From: Orbicella franksi
Taxonomy: Eukaryota
DNA length: 64,000 nucleotides
Assembly (NCBI GenBank): GCA_964199315.1
Contig: OZ116700.1
Coordinates: 2,728,001-2,792,000, forward strand
Reading direction: 5' to 3'
Under the pieces are notes generated by a model. It was not told where the DNA came from and made no database searches. It was given only the letters and a program-made list of their open reading frames with translations. The position numbers and the translations under genes are program-made. Below, piece after piece: positions 50,501 through 63,328 of this stretch. Each line of letters starts with the position of its first letter. Positions within the stretch are counted from its first letter, which is position 1.

Positions 50501-53500
50501 TATCCGTGTTAATACTCATTGTATGTCTCTCAGGTATATGTTGCACACGAGTAGGTAGTTTTCTTGGCATTTGTCTTCAGGTCGTAGCAGTCGTGTAAAA
50601 AGCCATTTATCTACTTTCCCATTCTTTTTATTGTATAATTGCATTTTACGTTGTCTTCTTTTTGTAAGAACGATATATCACGAGAGATTTGGTCATTCGT
50701 CAGTTACCATGCAGTTGTTCCCATTCAGTTTCGGAAAACGTTTCATAAGCAAGTATTTCCTGCCGGATTTGCAAAGGGAACTTGTCTTGCAGTTTGGGGC
50801 GCTTGCTTGCTAAAACTTTTTACTGGAGTAACTGATATGCCATTGCAGGTCAGGAAAGAGATCAAAGGGTCGTCAGTATCCAATTGACACCACATCTGAT
50901 GATGAAGACGATCTTGACTATGAAGGAGCCATGGCCACTTTTGTCCAATCCACGAAAAGGGTGTTTGCAGACCCCACCAGCGATGCCAAGAGCTACCACG
51001 CTGTAGATACAATAGATGCACCACTACCTGATGAAGTCGATGCTACCGATCGAGACAGACAGTCGCAAGCTACTTATGTGGTCATCAATTCACATGACGA
51101 CTTGCAGCTGACTGTTACGCCAAGAGCTATACAGATCTTATCTGAACTGAGTGAGGTACTATCATTAAGAAAGAATGTTGCCAGTTCACGCCTTACTACT
51201 TGTTGCCTAGTACCTTCTTGCATTAAACCAGGATTAAACAAGAGCCGCGTAAGGGTTAATGCTACTTTCACTTCTAATTTTACGTTATTTTGAAATTAGT
51301 GTTTTTCTTCTCTTAACGTTCAACAGTATTTCGGACAGGATTGTGTTTTCAACATTAGAATTGGACAAACTGTTGTTGGAAATCGTCATTCGATGGCAAA
51401 CAGTGCTATTTTTGTTGTTTGTTGTTTGTGGTTCGTAGCTATGGACAGTGGATAGAAGGAAGAAGCTAAGAACAGTTCCAGGACCAACATTTGTCATTCA
51501 TAATGAGGTACAATCTGAAAAGTGGGCTACGTAATTAGATTTAACATATCTCATTTTTTTTCAATTTTTTCATGCTCCATTTTATTGTTTTTCTTGGCTT
51601 AGTGTAATAGATTTTGCTGTTGAACTTAAGAGCAAAGTGTTCATCTACGCTATATCAGTTCTATTTCAGTTTAAACTTTGCATTTTAATAGGCGCATTAA
51701 AAAAACCAATGAAAATCACGGATTTCCATTATATGTACCACGAATGTCACCTCACAGGAAAGGGTAACGAAATCAGCAATGGTAGCTGCAACGGCAGTCG
51801 CGTTTCTTATCTTGTATTGCTTTGAGCAATTTACTAATAATAAACTGAATTTATTTTGTTAGCTTTAAAGCCAAGCTTTTGGCCTGTGCACCAGTTAGCA
51901 CAAAATAAATCTAAGAGTGCAAATAATAGGTGTGATTATATATGGAATTCTTTAGGATATGTCACTGAAAACTACAAAAGGTACTGCTAAAATCATTTCA
52001 CGGATAGATTTGTTTGTTTTTTCGTAGCTTGGAATTCATTCAGCAGTTACTGTGAGCCCGAACCATCAGGTATGTTATCCGTTCTTGAATATTGTGTGTC
52101 GGATAGAACCAATGGAGATAGACTTTCCGATGTCGACTGTGATAATAGCCATGTCGACTATAAGTATTTAATTTTTACTCCTTTGATTCTTAGATAATAC
52201 TTTTTAGATCGAGTAAGTTAAGTAGTATGATCTTACCTTATGTTTTGGTTTACCTTAGCTTTTTAAATCTTAATCTTATCTAGTTTTTGCTTTTTTAATA
52301 AGATTTTTTAAGATTTTTATTTGTAGTTTTTTTTTATGCTGAGCTACTTGTAAGAGGGCCACAAGTTCATTAGTTTGAAAACTATTAAGTGTCACCCTTG
52401 TTTCTAAGCGATTAACTAATCAACTTGTTTTCTGTGTATATGCGAAACGTGACAATCTCATACAGAACATTTCACATGTGCATGGAATTGCTTCGGCTAA
52501 TACTCTTCGAGAACGCCAAAAAGCTCCATAAAGGAATTTTTTCTTTGTCCGCTAAGGCCCCAGTGTTGATGGTGTAACATTCTGCGAAGTTCATGCCGGC
52601 AAAACGCAAAACAAGATTCAAGTTTGTACAGTTGTAAATACACAAGTCTTGTAATGTAATGTTTCACTGGCAAAAGGAGGAAGACGTGCACTTTCCGTCC
52701 ATTTATCTTCCTTCGTCATATCTTTTTTTTTCTGTTCATCAGGTTCCAGACACGGATCAACTATCGGTTCGTCAGAGAACTCGAAAACAGCCAGCTGTCA
52801 GACAGCAGAGTCTGGCAGATGTCGCAATGGAGCTGCCCAATAGCTCCAACAAATGTCAACACCGGGACCTAAAGCGCATCTTGTCTGAGCCTCTCTTTAA
52901 TCACCTCAGGGACAAACTACAAAAAATAAGAAAGAAACGAGCTTCTTCTGAACCTTTATCACTAGAGGCCATCAGACAACGAAAACGTTTCCAGCAGAAT
53001 CCGGTCTCCTTCCAAATTGGCGAACAGCAAGGGAAGACAAGCAGTCTCAAGAAAAAGTTGTCTCCAGATTCAGCCGCAGAGTGCGGTGGGAAAACTGCAA
53101 GGTCACCACAAGGTCCTAAGCTATCTTCAAGTCCAAGCAAAGAGTCGATACCGGAGGATGAAGCCATAGCTATAAAGGCAAACAACGATATTGAGATGTT
53201 AAGTGCCCATCCACCCCCAGAAGAACATGAAGAAAAAAATGATCCTCGTTCTACTTTTGGTGAGCCAAAAACAAAAACAAAAAAAACAGAAAGAGGTTCT
53301 CCAACAGTTTGTGTAAATGGTAAGCAAAAATGCCCGATGGTAAGTTCAGTTCAGTTCGGCCATTTATCATTTACTCAAAGACCCCGATTTTACTGAAAGA
53401 GACTAGGACGAGTTCAACCTGATCATAATTCCAAGATGGCGGTGAGGAAATGCAAATGTTAAGCGCATTTTCCACTCGGATATATCGGTCAAAAATTTTG

Positions 53501-56500
53501 GACTACCTTTCAAGACGTTTTTTCCGGTCGGTCGAGCCAAACTTTTCAGTCACCATTTACATTGTGACCCAAATTCCCGGCATTTTTGGGTAAATGGTGA
53601 ACAACCCTAGACAATCCAAACTGAATCTTTAGTTGCGTCAAACACTTTAAGTCCAACATGGAGTAAACAGCTGAGCTTATAGTTTCTTATACTCAGATAC
53701 TACGTCGAAGGTGAAGAACTTGGTATTTTGTTTATACCTGCAGAAACTGAGGTCGGTCATACCATTGCCAACATCGGTGCCCTAGTTGGTGGAATTTTTG
53801 CACCACATCATGTTGCAGAGAGCATCGAACAAGATAGTGAAGCTGCAGGACCTGATAGTGCTGTGGACGATGACAACATTATCTCTGTGACTGTGAGTTC
53901 CATTTCTCCCTCACTGGATCTATCGATATGATATCGAAAGTTTCCAAATTCTACAAGGGGAATTACACCTGTTATTTAACTTATGTAGATACATGTAGTC
54001 TCTTAGGGAACCTGCGCTGATAGTTTTTTTTTTTTTGAGTTATCCAGAACTACCCTCAAAGTGACAAGAACCTAGAAATAAAAATCAGAAAGATAGAAAA
54101 AAGGTGTGAACAAATCTTACGAAACAGGGGATCGAAGCTTACAACAGAAAAGTTTGTGACCGAGTACACAAGACAAACTTGAAATATTCAGAAGTCATCA
54201 GTTATTTTAAGTGACGCCGCTCCTTTGCCCGGTTTTCGAAGACTTGATGTGTCTTTTGTATTACTTTTTCCCATAGGTGGATGGATTTTACAATGTCTCT
54301 CTCATCTCTATTGCTCGATCTGGATCGTATTTACATAAGCTTTCTCCAAAAGATGCTGTGCTTCAAGAGGTAATTGCTGGATACCTGCTATTCATGGTTC
54401 TGTTAATTCCATATTATTAGGAAATGAGTCTAATGAAAAGAAAGATATCAATACAAGATATAAGTTGACGTATTTTGTTGGATGGAAACAACGGCAGGCC
54501 TTCAATTATGGGCAAAAGTTGAAGCCATTCTGCAAAGCATATTTTGAAGGAACTGTGTAACAATAAAATACATAAGCTTGCAATTGCTGGAGGCGAAGTA
54601 ATATATCAAACTCGAGAGACCGTGGTTTACCACATTTGCAAACACCGAGAAAACAGCTTGGAAATGTTAGTAAAACGTGGTCTCGAGTGCATGATATAGT
54701 GAATCTCTTCAGTTGAATCTAAAACAGCGGAGAAAACGGAGAAAGAGTAAGATTAAAATCTGATATTCAAAAGCCATCATGGTTATGATTTCTTTTGTTT
54801 GAACTTGATAAATTATTAACTAGTTGAAAAACGGACGGCGGGTTTGTTCCATATCATTTTGATTCCTTTGCGAGAAAGATCGATAAAGTCACTCGTGAGG
54901 TACTCTGTGCATAGAGTTACATTAAATATAATTTTATATTGACAATTGATTTAATTTTTGCCTTTAATGTTTGGTGTTTTTCACAGGCAAATCATAAATG
55001 GTACCTTGTTGTTCAGGTAGAAATTAAGAATGGTCGCAAGACAGTCACAATTCGGTCACCATTGCAGGTAGGATATCAACCGTATATTTCGTGCCTTTTG
55101 GTAATGTCTTACGTTAAATAAATAAACTTTACAATTCAAGTCCTCTTAGATTCATCATATTATCACGTTATGTTTTGGTTTTATATTTGTAGGTCCAAAA
55201 TCACCTTCAAGTTTCAGTTGACATTTTCGCTCGGCGCCAAGGTTCGACGGAGTCGAGAGCGGAGCCTTATGTGAAACTGTTTACTGTCGAGCCATCTGGT
55301 GTGCATAACGTTCCTTTGTACGCAACGTACAGCGAAGAGCTTTTTGTGAAACCCAGTGGTCCTGAGTGAGTATGGCCTTCAGCAAGATAGGATACTTACC
55401 TAAGATACCCAGAGTTAGGAAGCTGGGTTCATTGGCAACTTTTTTACTTCGTCAGTAGGCGAAAGAAATTGTTGATAGAAAAAGTAAACTAGGAACTCTA
55501 GGTTAGTCGTTCTGGTGACAAGCAGTTTGCCAAAAGATTCTTCGGTAAAATGGGTAGAACAAGTTACCATAGCCACGGATGGGAAGCCCGATGCCTTTCT
55601 TGCCATTACCGTTTGCTTCTAGTGTGGTGTTCAGCTTGCTTAATTTAATTTTAGAGTATATTTCTTTCAGTTATAATATATCATCTTCATCGTTAACTTG
55701 GAGTAAGTTTACCAAGAAGGAACCTTCTTGTGTGCTGGTTTGTTCTTCATCCAAGGATTCACAGACTTCCTCTGCTTTCTATATCAAGGTATCTGCACTA
55801 TCCCTCAGACTTTGTTTTCTTTTTTTTTTCTAGTTTATATAAGGGAATCTTTGTTTGCAATATTTTCCTCAATAGCACAGAAGCGATTCAGATTCTGATC
55901 AAGCAACGAAACCTCAGTTCTGAATATTGAAAGGGCATAAGAAATTTGAGCCGAGTGTATTGAATGCTCTTTGTACAGCGCGGGTTTTAAAACTAAACAT
56001 TTTACAAAAAATGCATGACCTCATTATAGCGCTTATTCCATCCAGAAGTTAAATTCTGTAATTTCTTCTCGAATATTACACCGACAGAGCCAAAATAGCA
56101 ATAACTACCTAGTTTCACAAGCTCTTTTAATGTTTGAAGTCAATACGAATTTAGCATGGTGCCTTCTCTGTCGCATGTTAATGAGGAAAAATGTAAGTAG
56201 TGACGTAAGCAAGTTCTGCTAAACAAGTCTCGTATTTACCGTCTGTCATTCCATTTATCAAGTCAAACGGGAGTACATAGAAAAATGCATGATCTTAATT
56301 GTAGCTTGTCATTTTATGTTTTACATTTGTAGGCTCTGTGTCAGTCAGACAACTTGAACAAACTGCCAGCCGGTGTTGACTCTCCGCATCACGTGATCCG
56401 TTTGTACCCTCCCCTAGTCGTGCACAATAGACTTCCTTTTGAGCTGTTGCTGTCACCCCAGGTAAGTAACCTTCATCTGTTGTTTTGCTGTATATGATAC

Positions 56501-59500
56501 CTGACTGAAGAGTAAATTTCTGTGCTAGAAGGGTGATCATAAGAGAGACGCTGCTATTCTTTGCTGTTCAGATAACGAAGAACAGGCATGACGTCTAACA
56601 CTTTTGGCGCGAAAAATGGCCACCACTTGGCTTTTTTATATGACTAGGATTTCCTAGACTCGATCAGAAAATACATACTTTGAGCTTGGTCAAGTTGCAA
56701 ATTCAAAGAAATTGAGGTTTCCTTCTTGAAAAGAGCATATCCTTAAAGAAAAGGAAATGAGAACTGCTTTCTCTCTTCCAATGAAATTGAATTTGCTGCT
56801 TTCAATTGAAGCGGTTTTGGCATTTCACTCTTAAGTGTTGCATGTATGTTTTTGAGTTTATTTGATGTCCTTAACTATTAAAACAGATTGAAAGCCTTTC
56901 TACCAAAAATGGAATTGCGTCATTCACTTTCGTTAACTGACGCAGAATGAAGACAGTTACCCCTTCATTTGTTAATGATTTGGTTATCCGGTATGTTTTG
57001 AAGTTATTTGCCTGTAAGGCTTACCCTTTTGATATCCGTTAGCAGGAAAAAGATGGAGAAGACAAAGTCATTCCTCCTGGAGATAAAGTGCCTCTTGTCA
57101 GTGGGTGTCCAGGAGACGCCTGTGAAATAAACGTAACGGTACGGCAGTGTTACATAATTATAACAGAAGTTACTCTTTGCCATTTAAGGCCAACTATTAC
57201 TGCACCGTGCAAAAGTAATGCAAACGAATTTTCACGATTTTTTGATTATTTCTAGGCTTTTCGGTGAAAATTAACGTAATTTCGATCGAAACGAGAATGG
57301 TCGTTATTTTCGGAATGGTAGTTGTTTAGATTTCTAGCGAAATTTCGCTTAGCTTTCCGAACGTGCGGAGGAAAGTTCGCAGCGGTGGGTTTCAAAATTT
57401 CTTACGAAAATTCGGAAAGTTACATGAACATTGTTCCTCTCGCTCTCGCTGTCGAGAAATTTGGCTCGGTAATAAAGTACATTGTACAGTGATGCTCATA
57501 AGGCGTTAACGATGTAGTAAACCACAATCAACTGTCCTTAAAGCACATCAAAGCATACATACGGTGTCTGGATAGCTTTACTTAACAGGCCATGCAAATT
57601 CCTCTTTAATTCGTGTGATCGTTTCTGAATACGATTTTAGTGTCGAGATGTTGGGTTTGATCAAGCATTCGGTCAGGATGGCTGAATATTGGTCAAGTTC
57701 TTTTTCTTGCGCGTTCTTAGAAAGAGACGTAGCCGAGGTCCAAAAACACGCAAAAACGAGGCCAATAACCAGCCGTCTTGACCGAACAAGCTTGGTCAAA
57801 GGTAGATAAAGGTATAGTATGTGGCACAAAGAACAACAGTTTTTTCGCGTGACAGCGGGTAATTCCGAGCGGCCAGGATAGCCCCATCTTGCCTGGTTGG
57901 CCAATCGCAACACAGGATTTGGGTCGTCTTGTGCGCTCGCGAGCTAGCCATATAATAAATCTACAGTGTACACATTGTTTTATAAATGGAACTGTGGTTT
58001 TGTCTACCCCTCTTCGTAGCTAAGAGATTACAAAGAAGTCAACTGGATTGGACAGTTAACTGTGAAGAGAGAAGGTGGCAAGTCGCAAGAATTGCTAATG
58101 CAATCTCAGGAAGAAACTGCGAAAGAACTTGTAAGTTCTGAACGTATTTCTATTGAGCTTAAGAAAGCTGGAGCAACTGAGCCGTGGTATTTTAGGGCCC
58201 TCTTCTGAAAATACGAGCAAGCACAGTACTCTCTTTCCATAGTTGAAAACTACTTTAGGTATAGATTTCAAAAGCCGTGTTAATTACGACAATCGTTTGG
58301 GCCTCAATCCATTCATTGGTGTAAATAAGCAGTGGCAAAGACATATAAATTTTTTTCAACTGTCAATTAGCTTCGAACATAAATGAAAATGACTCAAAAA
58401 TAAATATTAACATTTAATTTTAGTCCCTTGGAGTATTATCAATGCATCAATCTGGAACAAGAGAACTATTTATCTACTCCCCATACTGGCTTATCAACAA
58501 AACTGGATTGCACGTCGAGTACAGGGTAAGTTACTTAAACACTACCCGTAATATAGCTACCTCTAAAGAACTACGTCACAGTTTGCAAGTTAAACACGTC
58601 TGGCCAGTCACAAAGAACGAAATGACCCAGTAAACTTGTAAGAATTCGAACTAAACACGTTACTACCGCTAATCGCGGGAAAAGGGGCATAACTTTAGAC
58701 GCCTTTTTTGCCAATCTGAGAGCTCAGCAATCTTAAATTTAAAGAATCAAAGGGAAGCTGCTCCGGACGAAGCGGTCAGTACCACTTGACTGATTGTTGC
58801 TTGTATTGGAATAGACAGTAAGACGCTTGACCTTCAATTTTTGATCTTCAACACAGGTCTCAAGAACTAAGCAAGTCTATCAGCAATTTGCTGTGGAAAA
58901 GCACCCACTTCTCTTCAATTTCACTGAAAAGTCTTACAGAAAGGTAAGATTTTGAATCTTGTCAGTAAAGTATGAATTTAATATTCGCGCTATTCTCTGA
59001 GTGCTTGATAGAAGACTTGCCATATAAGACACTTGTTCCGCCTGCCGACGTAATTACAATGGACAGACATGTATTTATTTGTGTCTTCTGAGAATTGTTC
59101 ATGGAAATCGCAGTAGATAAACATAGCAGTGTTTCAAAGTTTAGCTAAAAATAAGCACGATTGATGAATTTAACCAGTGAAGAAACAGCGTTTGCTCGAC
59201 CAACAATTCAAACCATTAAATTTCATTAGCAATAAATCAACTTACAGGGTTGCACAGGCTGCCTTTGTACCAAAATCGCGCGCTTTTAAGCAAGGGTAGA
59301 GGAAGTCAAATATCAAACAGGAAAGACCGTGTTTGATCACGTTTCCAAACATCGAGAAGAAAGTTGAAAATACGACGCGTAATTTTCATGTCAGAACCCT
59401 TGCGATTAGAAACTGTTTTTATTTTTTCGTTTCGGTGTTCTTGATTCTTGTAGGCCAGACTCAGAGTATTGGGACATTCTTGGTCGAGTAAGTTTTCTTT

Positions 59501-62500
59501 GGATGCTGTGGGGGATTCTGGAAAAGTTACGTGTAAAGCAAGCGAGGCCACAAAGTTTGAGGTGAGATGATAGTTGTAAGAACTGGTCATGTCAACCCTT
59601 TCGTTTTACTTCTTCTTCCTTTCGTAAACTATTCAACAACTTTTTCCAACATGCCAGTGATATACGCAGTTACAATACCAGATATACAGCGACAAAATCT
59701 ACCCAAACCACGCGTAAGGTCAAATAACAGATGTTTGGAAAGAACTTCCAACCCATTTCAAAGAACTTTATTTGCTGTTCCATGAAACGATAAAACATCA
59801 TTTATACTCAGACCAATACCCGAATTAGTTTTCTATTTCTTAAATTAAACTATAAACTGTAAATTCTTCCTTCAGCTCTGCTGTCCTACAATTAGATATA
59901 CCAAGGCTGTAGGTTGACTCGAAAACTTAACCGTTCAATTAGCCTCCAGACTCACTAAAGACAAACGGCTGCAACAGCTGCCTTATTTGAACAACCTGTC
60001 CTGCATTTGAATAGGGAGCTTGAACAACGACGAGGACGATGCCTCGTAAGAAATGAATTTGTATTTTACAAGCGAAATTCGAGATTGTCTAGATCTATTC
60101 GGTACGCCAATGGCTCTAAAAACGTGCTTAAGCTAAATATGCAACGATGGCGTTCAATTCTAAATGGGAATACAAAAAATTAGCCGTCGTCGTCCACGTT
60201 CCGTAGCCGACGCAGAACTTGGTCATTTCACGTTGTTGTTTTGCAGAGGACGGCAAAGAAATGTACAAAGATTTATCATGAACGCACGTGCACAGCTATT
60301 GTTTTGCCCATTAAACCTTTTGTTTGGTGACGTTCTCGTTGCTGTCGTGGTGGTGGTTTGCTTAAGCTCTTACATACTGCAACTGAAACGATATTTCTAA
60401 TGGGAAATAACAAGATGTCTTTTTTGTTTTTCCTTTCCAGTTTATTTTGCAAATCGAAATGTCAAGAACAGGTTTGACAAAGATAGTGACGTTGACTCCT
60501 AAATACGTCATCATCAACAATACAGAGGTACAGAATATTCACTGTTGATTTATTTGTTCAGGGTTCCAGACAATTTTTTAAGGCAGAGTGTCAACAAGGA
60601 ATTCCATCGGCTCAATTCCCACTGCTCCGAGCAAATCATTTTAAATTATCTATTGAATTGTCGGGTCTTTTAGCTGACCTGGTAGGGTTTTTGACCTGAG
60701 ACCCCCTACTTACTTGGAACACTATTTTTGTCGGAATGTTTTTTTTTTTGTTTGTTTGTTTTTTTGAGTGACGTTTGTCCTTATAGTAGCTTTAAGAAGT
60801 AATAAATCATTTTCTTTTAACTGCCAATCTGCCGCAATACTTTTTTCCCCTAGATCTCGGTGTCGTTTACTGAAAATAAGGTCAAAAATGCTCTGTGGTT
60901 TGTTGTGGAACCAGGAGAGGTGAGTAATATTAAATAAACTTGAATGGGAAAATAATAAAATCAGTAAGTCTCAATTGTATGGTTAGGACACAATCTTAAA
61001 AGGTGCTTTAAAGGTACGCAAGCATCATGACTTGTGATATTTTTCTCCTTTCTGCTTCATAGTTCTGTATTTTCATACCAATCTATTGAGACATTATTAA
61101 TAATAAGTGGAGATTGACTCGAAAACTTTTGGGTTATTTCAGTTTCCAGACTCAAATTGTGCATTTTCTCCCTCATTTACTTATATTTATTATAATTATT
61201 ATATATAAAACTCTAAGTGTACGAATGAATGAAATTCCGAGGAAGACCTGTTAAAAAAGATGATGGGCACGCAAACATTTCAGGTTTTTTCATTCTACGT
61301 AAAAAGAACTAGCGGGGAGTGTACTCCGAGCAACAATCGCATAACAGTAACATCCTATTAAACATATCTCAACTGCTTCATCTATAGAGCAAGCCATTTT
61401 GGCCAAGAGACAAGTCCAGCTCTATCGTTTTGAAGCCAACCTTGTCAAACGTGATCTCGCAACCGTTCAATTTCAACTCGTCGCATACAACAGTTCTGAG
61501 GATTCCTCAGCTCCAGGCCCTCACGGTCGACGTTCATGGCGAAGTAGAAGACTCTGTTACAACTATAGTGGTAACACACTTCTCCCCTGGAATTGGAACG
61601 ATTAGAATTGAAAACCTGTGTGACAACATTCCAATCCGGTTCCATCAGAAGTAAGTAAAACTGTAAGGTGACTAGCATGAATAAAGCGTCGAATAAAACG
61701 TCGCAAAGGTCCAAACATCAGTGACTTAAAGTAATTGAATCCTAAAGAATTAGTTTGAATAACCAGTCAACGTTATGAAAGACCCTGAATGATGAATTTA
61801 ATAGACATTACTCTCAAACGCATTAACAATTCATGAAGTTTAAACAAAGAAAATCATAATCCTGACGATGTTTGGATATCGGAATTTAAGTAGGGTAGAT
61901 TTTTAAGTAGTATGGATTTTCTGTAGTTTAAGTTTCGATTGAAATGATGTGTCGAACCACATTTCCAAACACGTCATAGTTCGTCACAGATATTCTGCTA
62001 TCCGTCGTATTTCAGTTTTCTTTTCGGTGTTTGGAAATGTCAGTGGTAAAACGTGGTCTCTCGTCTTTGATATATATCATCTACAATTTAAAACACAACG
62101 AGAATTTTTTTTTTTGCATTGTAAGGGTAGTATAAGTCCAACATTGCCTTCCCAGTTTGTTTGGGGCAGATTTTCACACTTCTTCGGTTAATTAACATGA
62201 AAATAGTTTTTTTTTTCTTTTTCCTCATCGGCTTTTTCGTGGTACTTATGATTTGCAGGGATTCTGGGCAAGTCACTCTCCTAGATTCCAAGAAAATGAT
62301 CCTTTACACGTGGGATGATCCCCGAGGCGTCAGAAAACTCTTCTGGAAACCATACATGGCAATAGATAAGCCAGTAGAGATCCCAGTGGACAAGGTAAAA
62401 AATTTGGAAGACATTTAATTTTTTTGTGTTTCGGTTGATTTAAATTGTGCACCCTGGGGGGGGGAGGAACTTTCATTTGAAAAGGTCGGGGATGCTCGTC

Positions 62501-63288
62501 GAAAAATTTGAACTTAACCCATTAAGTTGACCAATTTGGGCGTGGCTCGAACTTTATTTGACTCCTAATAGATAGCACTTAAAACGGGACAGGCTCGATT
62601 ACCAGCCGCTGTTCAGGAAAGGAACCCGTGCAAGTAAACCGGAGTCGAAAGACCGACGGAAATCGAGCCTAAAAACGGAAATAAGAGCGTTTCTTTTATT
62701 ATTATTTCCTCGAGTGCACCCTATAAAAGATACTTTGACAGCTAAAAATAGTGGTGTTTCGTCATCAACACCCTAAGTAAGACCAGAATCCTTGATATAT
62801 ACCCCGAAGCGAGATGAGGATCATCCCCGGCCTATTCATAGGGAGGTCTCCCCGGGATTGTGCAACCCTGCGTCGTTATTTTTTCTTTAATAGCTCTTCA
62901 GAATGCGTTTGATGAGGTTACATTTTAAGTACTTTGGAATTTTTTGGTTGCAAGCACACCAGGTTACCACCATAATGTGTTATTGTTTTGTTCGAAATAT
63001 CACGGTAATAGAACGTGTGGTCATACGTTGTACTTCTTTGTTTTTGAAAAGTGCGTCAGAAAGCAGCAATTAGCCTGCGTAGCTTGGCGGTTTGTAAGCA
63101 ATTTGAGCGCGCTGAGAAAGCGGCGAGAGCGGCGAAGCCGCAAGGAGCCTGGGACAGAGACAACTGAGAAACCGGCGGTTCCTCGCGGCTTCGCCGCTTT
63201 GTGCACTCGTGCTCAAATTTCTTAAAAAATTGCTTAAAAATTACTTAAACCGCCAAGCTACGCAGGCTAAGCAGCAATTATCAAGAGA

Positions 63289-63328
<40 letters not shown>

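Noticed and set aside
53697-53743. Upstream acceptor at 53696 extending exon 78
   Set aside because: Needs phase 2, while the preceding donor (53319) is phase 1; the 53743 acceptor fits.
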